DNA of 64,000 bases from Octopus sinensis. Taxonomy: Eukaryota. Positions 49,373 through 61,245 of this stretch are shown here, piece by piece. The stretch lies in assembly GCF_006345805.1 (NCBI RefSeq), contig NC_043018.1, forward strand, positions 21,576,001 through 21,640,000, written 5' to 3'. The translations under genes and the position numbers were made by a program. Every line of letters begins with the position of its first letter. Position 1 is the first letter of the stretch. Below the pieces are notes generated by a model that was not told the DNA's origin, searched no databases, and saw nothing but the letters and a program-made list of their open reading frames with translations.

Positions 49373-49813
49373 TCTCTATATCTATAAACAGCAAAATGTC
49401 TGTGTGTCTGTGTGTCCTCTATACAAATCCACAGTTTTTCACGTAAAAGGCTCGCATTTTCTATGGGCTTTCAAAACTGTCTGAGGGTGGTCGTGAAGAT
49501 CTTTTCATTTCCCCAGTCACCCCAGAAAGCCATTAAAAAAAAAAAAAAAATCGATAAACCAACCCCTTATGCCCAACAGTTGGATGCGCATGTGCATTTG
49601 CAGGCAGTCTGTGTGACTCGGTGCATTTTTGTGTTTTGCAAAGACGCGTTACCATGTGTTTTGGCTTTCAAACGTGCACGCTTTTTTGATTTGAGAAATG
49701 CAGGGGATAATTAATGAGTTAGACCAAGTGAATGACAAGAAAGCAGGATTTTCATGAAGGACCAAATATGCTTGACTAGCAACTAGAACCAGCAACGCCA
49801 GGGTCATTGCTAG
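49373..49813 (+). mobile_element. Non-autonomous Helitron (sibling of 37457-38307)
   Basis: Shared 5' ~170 bp, A|TC start, degenerate hairpin and CTAG|T end. Confidence 0.75.
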
Positions 49814-49876
49814 TTCATCTCTATTTCTAAACTTTGCTTACAATTATTAAGACATTTTTGCAGGAAGTGACTTTAA

Positions 49877-50098
49877 CCCTTTCGTTACCAACCCGGTTGA
49901 AACCGGCTCTGGCTCTTTAGTACAAATGTCTGGTTTTCAAAATTTCTGAATTAAAATCATCCACCAAACCTTAGTCACAATTTATGTCCCTAACACTAGC
50001 TGAATGATAACTAAGTTATTTTACTTAATTCTTTGTTATAATCAAAATTAATTGAAAGAAACACAGAGCATCTCAAAATAAATACAGTAACGAAAGGG
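49877..50098. mobile_element. Intact 222-bp piggyBac-like MITE
   Basis: Perfect 12-bp TIRs CCCTTTCGTTAC / GTAACGAAAGGG with TTAA on both sides (49873-49876, 50099-50102). Confidence 0.85.
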
Positions 50099-50141
50099 TT
50101 AACGAAGCAGTCCAATTAATAAATCAACTTGGCTATTGATG

Positions 50142-50411
50142 TACTCTTTTATTTGCTCCAGTCATTTGATTGTGGCCATGCTGGAGCATCGCCTTTAATC
50201 GAGCAACTCGACCCCGGGACTTATTCTTTGCAAGCCCAGTACTTATTCTATCAGTCTCTTTTGCCAAACCGCTAAGTTACAGGGACTAAACACACCAGCA
50301 TCGGTTGTCAAGCGATGTTGGGGAGACAAACACAGACACACACACATACATATATATATATATACAATGGGCTTCTTTCAGTTTCTGTCTACCAAATCTA
50401 CTCACAAGGCT
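50142..50411 (-). mobile_element. SINE family A, 5'-truncated
   Basis: Reverse complement of family A 3' two-thirds. Confidence 0.85.
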
Positions 50412-50708
50412 TTATGCCAGTATGAAAAGCAGACATTCAATGATGATGAGGATGATAATTCCTACTTTCAAAATCTCAAAAGTGATAGCCACAACCACTA
50501 GTAACAATCTTCTGTAACCTGAACCTCTCTTAATTCCTCAGTGACCACAAACGTAGTTTTTATCCAACCAAAATAAAGTTGAATCTACTGGAGACCCTCA
50601 ACATCTATGCCCCCCAACAGTGGTTTCATACCTTCAAATTCATTAAGGGAAAATTTGAAGGTTAAGAGCCTTGAGAAACTGTCTCCCTGTAGGTTTTATC
50701 TCTCACAT

Positions 50709-51097
50709 AGGTAAAGGCATGGTTGTGTGGCTAAGAAGTTTGCTTTGCAACACCAAGGGTTTAGGTTCAATCCCATTGCACAACATCTTAGACAAATATT
50801 TTCTACTATAGCCCCAGGCTGACCAATGCTTTCTGAGGGAATTTGGTAGACAGAATCTGTGTGGAAGCTTGTTGTATGTATATAATACTCATGTGCTTTT
50901 GTGTTTGTACCCTCTCCCATCACTTGACAACCAGCACTGGTTTGGTTACATCCCCATAACTTAGCAATTCAGCAAAAGAGACAAATAGAATAAGTGCCAG
51001 ACTTTAAAAAATATAAGTGCTGGGTTCAATTTGATTGAATAAATTCTTTAAGCTGGTGCCCAGCATGGCCACAGATCAATGACTGGAACTAACAAAA
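50709..51097 (+). mobile_element. Diverged SINE family A
   Basis: Colinear but more substituted. Confidence 0.7.
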
Positions 51098-51179
51098 GGC
51101 AAACGAAGGTCTCTGGGGCTGTGCCATTGCAGTGTGTTTTGTTAGGGTTCTCTCTGACCTCGCTATCAACCCTAGAGTG

Positions 51180-51290
51180 GCTTCAAGTACTGCTTTGTAC
51201 CCCTGCACAGTTCCTCTTATACATCAAAGATCTGCTTATTGTCATCTCCAACAAAACCCAGCCCTATGTAGATGATACCCCACTTGTTAC
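51180..51290 (+). pseudogene. LINE reverse transcriptase relic
   Basis: TPAQFLLYIKDLL...PYVDDT resembles SPTLFLLYINDL...YADDT. Confidence 0.55.
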
Positions 51291-51529
51291 TCTGAAACCT
51301 TCAGCGTCCACATGCAACATAAAACACCACCTTGGGCCAAATGGGGATTCTGACATTTTGGTAGAATGAAGTGTTAGATAAAGTACAGCTTAGTCAATGT
51401 GATTTTATGTATTGGATATTCTTCATGTACTTTGTACTTCCAAATGTATAGAGGCAGTTATATGGAGAGAAAGAGAGGGGAACAGAGAGAGGTAGAGAGA
51501 TACAGAGGGACAGAAAGAGAGGGACTGAG

Positions 51530-52200
51530 ACAGAGAAAGACAGCGACAGTCAGATGGACAAAGACAGTCGGAGAGACAGCGACAGTTGGACTTACAGAGA
51601 CAGTCGGAGAGACAGCGACAGTTGGACTTACAGAGACAGTTGGATGGACAGAGACAGTCGGAGAGACAGAGACAGTCGGACAGACAGAGACAGTCGGACA
51701 GACAGAGACAGTCAAACAGACAGAGACAGTCAGACAGACAGAGACAGTCAAACGGACAGAGACAGTTGGACAGGCAGACAGTCAGATGGACAGAGACAGT
51801 TGGACTTACAGAGACAGACAGATGGACAGACAGAGACAGATGGACAGACAGAGACAGTCGGACAGACAGAGACAGTTGGACAGGCAGATAGTCAGACGGA
51901 CAGAGAATCACACAGACCGACACACAGACAGAAACAGTTACACAAACGGAAAGTCGGACAGAGACAGTCACACAAACAGAAAATTGGACGGACAGAGACA
52001 GCTGGACAGAGAGAGAAACAGTCAAACAGACAGAGACAGTCGGACAAACAGAGACAATCGGGCAGACAGTCGGACAAACAGAGACAATTGGACACAGAAA
52101 CAGAGAGACAGAGGCAAATGAATAGAGACAACTGGACAGAAGCAGTCAGACAGACAGACAGACAAGAACAATTGGACAGGGACAGTCAGACAGACAAACA
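51530..52200. repeat. GACA-rich ~18-bp minisatellite (GAGACAGTCGGACAGACA)
   Basis: Seen directly; source of the TETVG/RDS ORFs. Confidence 0.9.
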
Positions 52201-52330
52201 GAAAAACAGAGAAAGAGAGAGAAAGAGAGGGTGAGTGTGTGAATGTTAAGACAGTGACTCTCTGAGGAAGGTAGAAAGAAATAACATTGCAAGGGATAGT
52301 GTAAGGGGGAAAGGGAGAGAATGCGCGCGC

Positions 52331-52363
<33 letters not shown>

Positions 52364-52953
52364 TGCAAGGGTGTGTATGGTGTGTAAGATTGAGTATAGC
52401 TTGAGAGGAGGATAGGAGGACGCGATATTGTACGAAGAGGAGGAGCCTGGAGCACAAAGAGGATGGGGAGCGATAACTACATGACGATATTGAAAGAAGT
52501 CGAGGGAGGAAGGGAGAGAGACAGAGAGAGAGCGGAGGAGAGAGATGAAAGAAGAAGAAAGAGCTGAAGCAGGGAGAGGGAGAAAAGGTCTATAGACATT
52601 TGCAGACCCAGCAGGAAATAATTAAAAAAAAGGAAAAAAAAAAAAAAAAAAAAACAAACCAAGAAAACAAGCAAACAACACAAAACAATTTTCGATATAA
52701 AAAATTTAAATGAAGACATACTTGAGTCTTCAGAACTGATCAATGATGTTCAAATTTAATATTTAATGTAAATCTCTCCACAAAACATGATGAAGTACAC
52801 ATTACAGGAAATTTGCATAATCGTCTCTTTGTATTCTTTTGGTTTGTTTTCTTTTCTTTAATTATTCTAGTTTCATCTAATCAAACAGCAGAGTCCCCCA
52901 GTTGAAACAACAACAACAAAAACAACAATAACAACAACGACAACAACAACATT

Positions 52954-53622
52954 AATCCTTTCTCCGAAAGGTACAAGGCCTGAAATTTTGGGGGAGGGGA
53001 CTAGTTGATTACATTGACTCCCCAGTATGCAACTGGTACATGATTTATTGACCCCCCGAAAGGAGGCAAGGTAAAGTCGACCTCAGCGGAATTTGAACTC
53101 GGAACGCAAAGATGGACGAAATGCCACTAAGTATTTTTCCTGGTATTCTAACAATCCTGCCACCATGCTACCTTAAATAATCCTTTCTATTATAGGCACA
53201 AAGCCTGAAATTTTTTTTTTGGTGGGGGGGGGGGCTTAGTTGATTACACTGATCACAGTATCAGACTGGTACTTTCTTTTATCGACCCCAAAAGAATGAG
53301 AAGACAAAGTCAAACTCTGGAATTTGAACTTGGAATGTAAAGCGAGACGAAATGCTGCTAAGCATTTTGTCCGGCATGCTAATAAATCTGCCAGCTTGCC
53401 ATAATAATGGTCCTTTCTACTAGAGGCACAAGGCCTGAAATTTTGGGGAGGGGAGTAGTCAATTGCACTGACCCCAGTGTTTCACTGGTACTTAATTTAT
53501 CAAGCCCAAAAGGATGAAAGGCAAAGCCGACCTCAGTGGAATTGGAACTCAGAACGCAACAACAGGCGAAACACTGCTAAGCATTACATCCAACATGCTA
53601 ACGATTCTGCCAGCTCACTGTC
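52954..53622 (-). mobile_element. Three diverged head-to-tail SINE family D copies (alternative tail)
   Basis: Each ~220-bp unit has its own head and a GGCCTTGTGCCT...AGAAAGGA-type tail; same type as 63012-63215. Confidence 0.75.
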
Positions 53623-53713
53623 GCACACATATGTTCCAGCATGGCTGCAGTAAAATGACTGAAACAAGGAAAAGAATAAAAGAATGAATATATATATATA
53701 TATATATATATAG

Positions 53714-53910
53714 TTTATTTAAAGCAGCAGAAAATTCAACAAAACCTGTTACTCTGAGTTTCCCGTTGCCTGTCTGATGAATGGCAACGGGAAACTCAGA
53801 GTAACAGGTTTTGTTGAATTTTCTGCTGCTTTAAATAAAGCATATTACTCTACCACTGGTATTTGAGTACTCTTTTTTCCACCTTGTTTCACATTTATGT
53901 GTTTACTTCG

Positions 53911-53912
<2 letters not shown>
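53714..53912 (+). mobile_element. Penelope-like terminal fragment with perfect 57-bp inverted arms, inserted in (TA)n
   Basis: Arms 53714-53770 and 53783-53839; hammerhead core at the centre; (TA)n on both flanks. Confidence 0.7.
53769..53808 (+). ncRNA. Minimal type I hammerhead ribozyme motif
   Basis: CCTGT-CTGATGA-ATGGCAACGG-GAAA-CTCAGAG-TA-ACAGG: intact core, stem I CCTGT/ACAGG, quasi-palindromic stem III; stem II is not paired. Confidence 0.55.
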
Positions 53913-53941
<29 letters not shown>

Positions 53942-54285
53942 AGAACACATGAGCACAAGTCCAACTAGAAGCCATGTTTCTACATCACTACACAAAGAAC
54001 TTGCTATTTTTAATCTACTCAGCTGTCACCAAATGCCGACATTTCCACTTCTTAATGGCCATAATAGATTTCTGGGTTCTGGCCAACAATATTTCAACTT
54101 TTCACCAACAGCTAGGAACATAGATATGAGCACCACCAACAACAGTTCTGTGCAACACCTATAAAACCAAACAGTTATCAATTTACCAAATGATGTTATC
54201 AGAAGTTCCAGATATTGAACAACTGACCTGGTTTGGATAATCAGAGGTGAGCGTTAGCTTGCCACTAGAGGTGTATGGTAGCTTC

Positions 54286-54674
54286 GTAGAAGGCGCAACG
54301 GCCCAGTGGTTAGGGCAGCGGACTCGCGGTCATAGGATCGCGGTTTCAATTCCCAGACCGGGCGTTGTGAGTGTTTATTGAGCGAAAACACCTAAAGCTC
54401 AACGAGGCTCCGGCAGGGGATGGTGGTGATCCCTGCTGTACTCTTTCACCACAACTTTCTCTCACTCTTACTTCCTGTTTCTATTGTACCTGTATTTCAA
54501 AGGACCAGCCTTGTCACTCTCTGTGTCATGCTGAATATCCCCGAGAACTACATTAAGGGTACACGTGTCTGTGGAGTGCTCAGCCACTTACACGTTAATT
54601 TCACGAGCAGGCTGTTCCGTTGATTCGGGTCAACCGGAACCCTCATCGTCATAACCGATGGAGTGCTTCCATCC
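54286..54674 (+). mobile_element. SINE family B (tail type 1), full length
   Basis: Near-identical to 43253-43638; 11-bp TSD ATGGTAGCTTC (54275-54285, 54675-54685). Confidence 0.9.
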
Positions 54675-55005
54675 ATGGTAGCTTCATATCAGCATTAGCC
54701 CACCAGTATAGATTAAACCCACCACTGAAGGCAATTCTTTAGCCTTGTGCTCGTAGCAAAATGCTAAAGCCTGCCTCCATGGGCAATGTGTTAAGTCCAC
54801 TTCTGGAGGCAATATGTTAAGTCTGCCACTGGGGTCAATGAGTTATGCCTGCCTCCAGGGATGATGTATTAAGCCTGACTATGGCCTAGCCTAGGGGCAA
54901 TGCATTAACCCACTAGCATAGATGAAACCCCAATGGAAGCAAAATATTAACCTGTCACTAGAAGCAATGTATTGGCTCCAGGGGTAATCAGCCTCCAGGA
55001 GCTAT

Positions 55006-55578
55006 CATCATCATCATTGTTCGACCGTGATTGAGACAATGGAATTTACCATGCTACGCCAGACTTCACGGTCCATCATGGCATTACGGAGGTCCTGTTG
55101 CTGGATGCCTGTATCCCTGGAGATTACATCAGAGTAGGAGAGTGTGCGCCCTCTGGTATTGCGAGTAGATGGCTTCCAGAGGAGAAGAGGAGAAATTACT
55201 TCTTTTTCAGCTCTACAACAATGTCCAGCAAACTGGACTCTCCTACCTTTCACAAGAGATGACACAGGTGGTAGTTTCCCATATATTTGCATTTTGGTTG
55301 GATGGCGCTTCCACGAGAGATTTTGAGCTCTCATAAGGAGGCGAGTGTAGGTTCCATCCAACCGCCTTGGGTCATACATATCATCATCTGGAAAAGACTT
55401 TCTAACTAGAAAAGGTATGGCCTGGTCAGCCTGTAATGACATGCATAAGATCTGGTCATCAAATCTAAGTAGAGACTTCAAACTTGAAATCTTCAAAGCC
55501 ACAGTCGAACCAATTCTACTATATGGCTCAGAAACCTGGACGTTATCAAAGAAGCTTGAGAGGTGGTTGGATGGAACC
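55006..55578 (-). mobile_element. RTE-clade LINE with 5' inversion (same family as 44511-45050)
   Basis: 55006-55366 is the minus-strand 3' part and 55367-55578 the inverted upstream part; TSD CCAGGAGCTAT (54995-55005, 55577-55587). Confidence 0.9.
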
Positions 55579-56084
55579 AGGAGCTATACACTAATCCACC
55601 ATCAGAGACACGTGTTAGCCCACTATTATTAAATGCTAACCCGGTTGGATTCATCTTAGGTTTTATTTAATTAAACATACCAGTAATAGCTATCTAAATA
55701 TATCGGTAAATTAACAATATCTCTGAACAATGTAACAGTGAGATAACTAAAAATGGACTATCCTAGATTGTCAGTAAACAAATGTAACAGTCAAAAGGCT
55801 ACAACTGGAATCTCCCAGTTAGTTACAGTTTGCATCAATCAAAATCGACCATGCATCTGCCCACGTGCAGACTGGGGCATAAAAGTCCCCACCTCAAGAG
55901 TTTCCCCAATCTAAAATCCTGGTTTGGTACTTTCGTTTTTTTTTTGTTTTTTTTTCTATCATTCCTAAAAGATGAAAGATAAGATTGATGTTGGCAGAAT
56001 TTGAACCCAGAGCAAAGAAAATAAGAACAAATCTTGCAAGGCCTTTTATCAAACTCTGCAATGGACTCTATCAAGTCATTTCCT

Positions 56085-56615
56085 TGGATTTTCCCAAGAT
56101 GTAAAGGCGGGACAACTAGAAGTAGACTCTTCCAAGGTGTAAGAATGTGAGAGCGAAACCACTAGAAATGGACTCTCCCAAAATGACTGTAACAACGCAA
56201 AGGTGATACAACTAGAAGTGGACTCTACTAAGATGTAAGAATGTAACAGTAAAAACCACTAGAAATGGACTTTCTCAAAATGTCTGTAACAATGTAAAGA
56301 TGATATAACTAGAAGTGGTCTCAACCAAGATGCCTGTAAGAGTGTGACAGTGAAACCTTTAGAAATAGACTCTCCCAGAATGTTTAACAACATAATGGCG
56401 ATACAACTAGAAGTGGACTCCCACAAGATGTCTGTAAGAATGTGACAGTGAAACCACTAGAAATGGACTCTCCCAAAATGTCTAATAATATGAATACAAC
56501 TAGAAGTGGACTCCTACAAGATGTCTGTAAGAATGTGACACTGAAACCACTAGAAATGGACTCTCCCAAAATGTCTAATAATATGAATACAACTAGAAGT
56601 GGACTCTTCCAAGAT
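56085..56615. repeat. 93-98-bp dimeric tandem repeat x~5.5
   Basis: Alternating ACAACTAGAAGTGGACTC and CCACTAGAAATGGACTCTCCC subunits. Confidence 0.9.
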
Positions 56616-58312
56616 ATAATATAGAACTATTGACTCAGCTAATAGTAGATTCTCCCTCTGCTTTACTTTCACTTTCATATTCAGGATATCCCACTACCCT
56701 GAATAGCTAATATATTTGTTGAAATGCATGAAGGCCACTAAATTTCATACGAACCTCTTAAAATTACAGGGCCCCTTTGTTTCAAAATATCCCAGTTATT
56801 AAACATCAAAGATATCGCAAAACAATTCCAGTGAATCACATGACACGACTGGCCAAGGTCATTGCGGCAGCTTTCTAGCCCTGGATTTCCTTTCCATTAA
56901 TCATACCATTCCAGTGCTACTTAGAAACCAAATACCAATTTGTGTAAATTCCATCACTAGTAATGGAAACTATTGATAGGTTAATGGTTAGTGTCAGTAT
57001 TTGAAATTTTTAAATAGGAACATTTAAGTAGCTGCCGAAAAGGATATTGAAATGTTTAGCAACTAATCTGAACACTTTTAATTTTTGCATCTGAAATAAG
57101 AAAATTCTTTAGTCATTGATTAAGTGGTTGTGTTCTTGCAACAATTAGCAGTTCTTGTTTAGAAACTATCTGAGAGGGGCTTACCAAAGAAGGAAGTTCT
57201 AGCAATTATGAAATCCAGACAATTTTTTTTCTTTCTTTTATTTCCAAGAGTCAGATGAAATATTAAAAATTTGTTCAGAAATGAATTTCAAAAAAAAAAA
57301 AACCAAAAAAAAAAATGTGTGCTATAATTTTGATTTTTAAACTAAATATTTTCTAAGCCACAGTATCAAAATACATCAATAAACACTAAAAAAATAAATA
57401 AATAAATAAATAAATAAAATTTTTTGTTCGAAGATATTTAAATCCAAAATAAAACTGAGTGAGACTTTCTTAAAAATATTTTGACTTTTGTTTGATGTAT
57501 GGAGCAAATTAATTAAAGATTTCACTCGAAGAAGAACGAAGCAAGAAAAAAAATCAGATTTCAAATTAAAAAGTAAAAATGAAAGAAACTAAAAGAAAAA
57601 AAACCTCAAAAAAACTATGCATCAGAGATTTATTCTTCTATTTCTCACTTAAAAGAAAAACGGTAAAATTACTGTTTTTCGTACGATAAAACTGAAGCAT
57701 ATCATTTACAATCTGAAGCGTTAAATATATTGCAAACAACCGAAAGTTATTCTCTTGTTTTTTTCCTCCTGACTATCTGCAACACGTTGCTTCCGGCATT
57801 ATTTACTTTCCAAATATTTCAAGCTGGAAATCAATGGATTTCAATTCTAATTGAATTCTTCAACTTTTGCAACCAAAATATTTTCTGTTTATTTCCCAAT
57901 CGAGGAGTTGAATTCTGATTTAGTTCAATATGGTTTATTGGTATTGAATTTTTGCCACAACAACAACAAAATTTCAAGATATTTTCTTCTATTTAAAGAA
58001 AAAAAGATTTGTCTGGAATTTATTGAAGCTTTACTTTGGTTTCAAAATTTCAAACTGATACACCAGAAATGTCTATCAAACATGTGGTGTCCCCTAGCAG
58101 ACAATTAATACAAGGGAGATAATCATTCCTTCATAGTATTTGGCAGGATTAAAAGTTTGACTTTGAAATTGAGGGATTCCAAGGAATAAACGATGTGAGT
58201 CAAAGATGGACCAAATGAGGGGAAAAAATTGAACAAGGGAGAAAATGTTGATTTTAAAATTCAAAATTTAAAATTCTAAAACTGGAAAATAAACATCAAT
58301 TGTAATTCATTC

Positions 58313-58780
58313 ATCATTTATAATCCACTTTTCCATACTAGGTGGGTCAGATGGAACTTAGTGAGAAGGGTTTGCTAAGGCTAGATGCCCTTCCTGTTGC
58401 CCACCTTCACCTATTTCCAAGCAAGGTAATATTTCCCCATGGCCAGAAATGTTTTGCAACAGGAGACTGGAAACTAACAACCTCACTTGTATGACAATGA
58501 AGCTTGTTTACAACCATCACATGATGTTAAGACAAGGATCTGCACATGGAGTTGCACACACACCACACACACGTACACACACACACACACACACATACAC
58601 ACATGCAAAACAGGCTTCTTTCAGTTTCTGACTATCAAATCTATTCAGAAAACTTTGGGTCAGCTGAGGGCTACAATACAGCAGTATAAGACATTTGCCC
58701 ATGCTGCTGCACAGTGGGACTGAACCTACGACCACATGGTTGAGAAGCAAGCTGCTTAACCACACAGCCACACCTGCACC
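58313..58780 (-). mobile_element. SINE family A head with A2 tail
   Basis: Same organisation as 42647-43040. Confidence 0.7.
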
Positions 58781-58942
58781 CACAAAAAAATAATGCTAAT
58801 TAAATTTTTTTTTAAATTAAGATTTATAACTTTTAAAAATTCTTAAAAAAAATATCCAAACAATTTTTATTATTTCAATTTTAGCTTTTTTTTTTTTTTG
58901 AGCTTTAACAGTTTCAGTTCTTTAAATACAGTTTATGAAAAC

Positions 58943-59220
58943 AGAGCACGTGGCCTCATGGGTGTTACGCTCACAATTGTGAGATTTTGGGTTCAATTCC
59001 CAGGCCAGGTGATATGTTGTGTTCTTGAGAAAAACATTTCATCTCACACCTGCTCTGTGATCACTTTAACATGTGGGACACTACGCACCTGTGCAGGTAA
59101 TGTCAATTTAATAGAGACAGGGTGAGCTAATGTGCAACACAGATATTTTATCACAATAAATGAAGTACCTGTGCAGGTTGTTCAGCAGGAAATTTGCAGA
59201 ATTGTCTTTCTTGGACTTGA
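58943..59220 (+). mobile_element. Old tRNA-headed CORE-like SINE
   Basis: GGGTTCAATTCCC B box followed by GTTGTGTTCTTGAG. Confidence 0.45.
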
Positions 59221-59513
59221 AAGACTGTTTACGGCAACAACAAAAACAAAATTTTTACTTGGGGTGGGGGGTGGAGGTAAACAACAACTAAACAAACACA
59301 AACTACCAAAACTTAATAAATTCCTTCAAAATCTCAAAACTCATTCCTAATTCTAAAAACAAGCAAAAAAGACTGGGGGTTTTTTTTTTTTTGGGGGGGG
59401 GGGGGGGGGTCAAGTAAAAAAAAAAAAAACAGCAACAGCAAAAAACAAACTGTTTGAAAGAGGCTGTGATTATGGAAGATATCGAAATTGAGAAAAACAA
59501 CAGAAAAGCCACA

Positions 59514-59550
<37 letters not shown>

Positions 59551-60192
59551 ACCCACCCCCCCCCCCTGCGAAAAAAAAAAAAAAAAAAAAACCCTAACAG
59601 TTAATCAGTGAACAAACATAGCAAAAATTATGATTGGCAAAGCAGAAAATAGATTGGTTTTGGTTTTTGAAAACTAGTCAAACCAGAAATAATTCTACAT
59701 CTATAAATATCTTGGATATTCCGACAATTTCGTTATTTTTCTTTTCGGTTGTTTTTGTTTTTTTTTGTTTTTTTTCGGGTTTTTACATTAAAGCCTGCAT
59801 TTCATTTATCTTATTTTATTTTATTTTATTTTTTATCTACCTCCTGCCTTAACACCCACCACCATGCTATCCCTCCCCCCTTCTTCCCCCCCCCCAAAAA
59901 AAAACACACACACACACACCGCCTCTTGTCAGAAATCAATGTGAGTGGCTTATAGCAGCAAAGTCTACTTTTAGCAGAAAGGACAGACAGACAGACATAA
60001 TCATACAGGTTCTCAACCAATCACTGTAGCACTACTTACATATTATTATTATTATCATTATTATTATTATTATTATTAAAAAATAATTAATTATAAAAAA
60101 GAATTATTAGTATTATTATTAGTAGTAGTAGTAGTATTATTGTCATTATTATTACTATTATTATTACTACTAATATTACTATTATTATTAGC

Positions 60193-60226
<34 letters not shown>

Positions 60227-60717
60227 TCATCATTGTCCATCTATTTATTATTATTATTATTGTCCATCTAATTACATGACTAATTTGGTCCTGGATACTA
60301 CAAAACAAAACAAAAAAATACACCATTCCCTCAGTGGTGGTTACCATAACAACAACATGAAAGTTTAATAAGGCTTCAGACAAACAAATGACACAGGAAT
60401 TATAGGAGATTACCAAACAGGAGAAGGAAGCGGGGAGAGGTGTGTGTGTGTGTGTGTGTGTGGTGTGAGTGACTAGCTCCCACCACCCTCCTCTTGACAC
60501 ACCCATTCACTACCATTCCGCAGCATCAGAACCATCACCCCCACCACCACCACCACAAACAGCCATCAAAAACCAACGCCGACAAAGAGTTTGTCTATTT
60601 ATGAAATCTTCCAATCTGAAGAGTTGCTGGTTAATTAGAACTTTGGAATCATTAACGAAGGAGGAAGGGAACACTAGGGTGAAGAGGTGGATGGCTGGGG
60701 TGGGAGTGGGGTAGAAA

Positions 60718-60756
60718 CTAAAACGAGGGGTGCACTAACCTCCTCCTCAGGTCTTC
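60718..60756 (-). CDS. Possible terminal coding exon of an unidentified upstream gene (EDLRRRLVHPSF* in phase 0, or ...RPEEEVSAPLVLVSTPLPPQPSTSSP* ending at 60674 in phase 1)
   Basis: Pyrimidine-rich minus-strand acceptor ending TTTGCAG|GAAGAC, followed by about 2 kb of mostly unique U-rich sequence resembling a 3' UTR. No homology recognised. Confidence 0.3.
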   Translation of the reverse strand, partial: EDLRRRLVHPSF

Positions 60757-60879
60757 CTGCAAAGTTACTCAGAGAGAATGAATTGGATTTCCGGGAGACA
60801 TTAAGGAAAGAGATGCAACAAGAAAACAATAGAATTTCTCCAGTTGCAGTCATTGCAAATGGCTGAGCATTGTAAAAAA

Positions 60880-61245
60880 ATGTGCAGCAAATTGCACAGG
60901 CTTTGGTAGGGGTGTCTTTGCATAGCTTCCAGCAACAGTGCACCTTGCACTGCCCTCAACAAGCATACCTCTTGTAGGGCTTTCAACAAAAGTGCAGGTT
61001 GCTCATCTAACACGTGTCTTGCATGTCATCTTGCAAGAGTGCAGAGTTTACTTCTAGCAAGAGTACAGCTTCCAGGAAGAGTGCACCTCACAAAGCTCCC
61101 AGCAAGAACGCTTGTTGCACAGCTACAAGCAAAAGTGCACCTTGCATAGCTTCCAGTGAAAGTGCACCTTGCAGAGTTCCCAAAAAGAGTGCACCTTGCA
61201 TGGAGCTCAACAAGATTGCATCTCGCAGAGTACCCAGCAAGAGAA
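60880..61245. repeat. Degenerate ~30-bp tandem repeat (AAGAGTGCACCTTGCATAGCTTCCAGC-like)
   Basis: AGTGCACC recurs at about 30-bp spacing. Confidence 0.75.

Noticed and set aside
60751-60866. Plus-strand exon after CACTAAC...CAG encoding LPAKLLRENELDFRETLRKEMQQENNRISPVAVIANG*
   Set aside because: The branch point is only about 13 nt from the AG, no homology is recognised, and the overlapping minus-strand acceptor fits the context better; not fully excluded.
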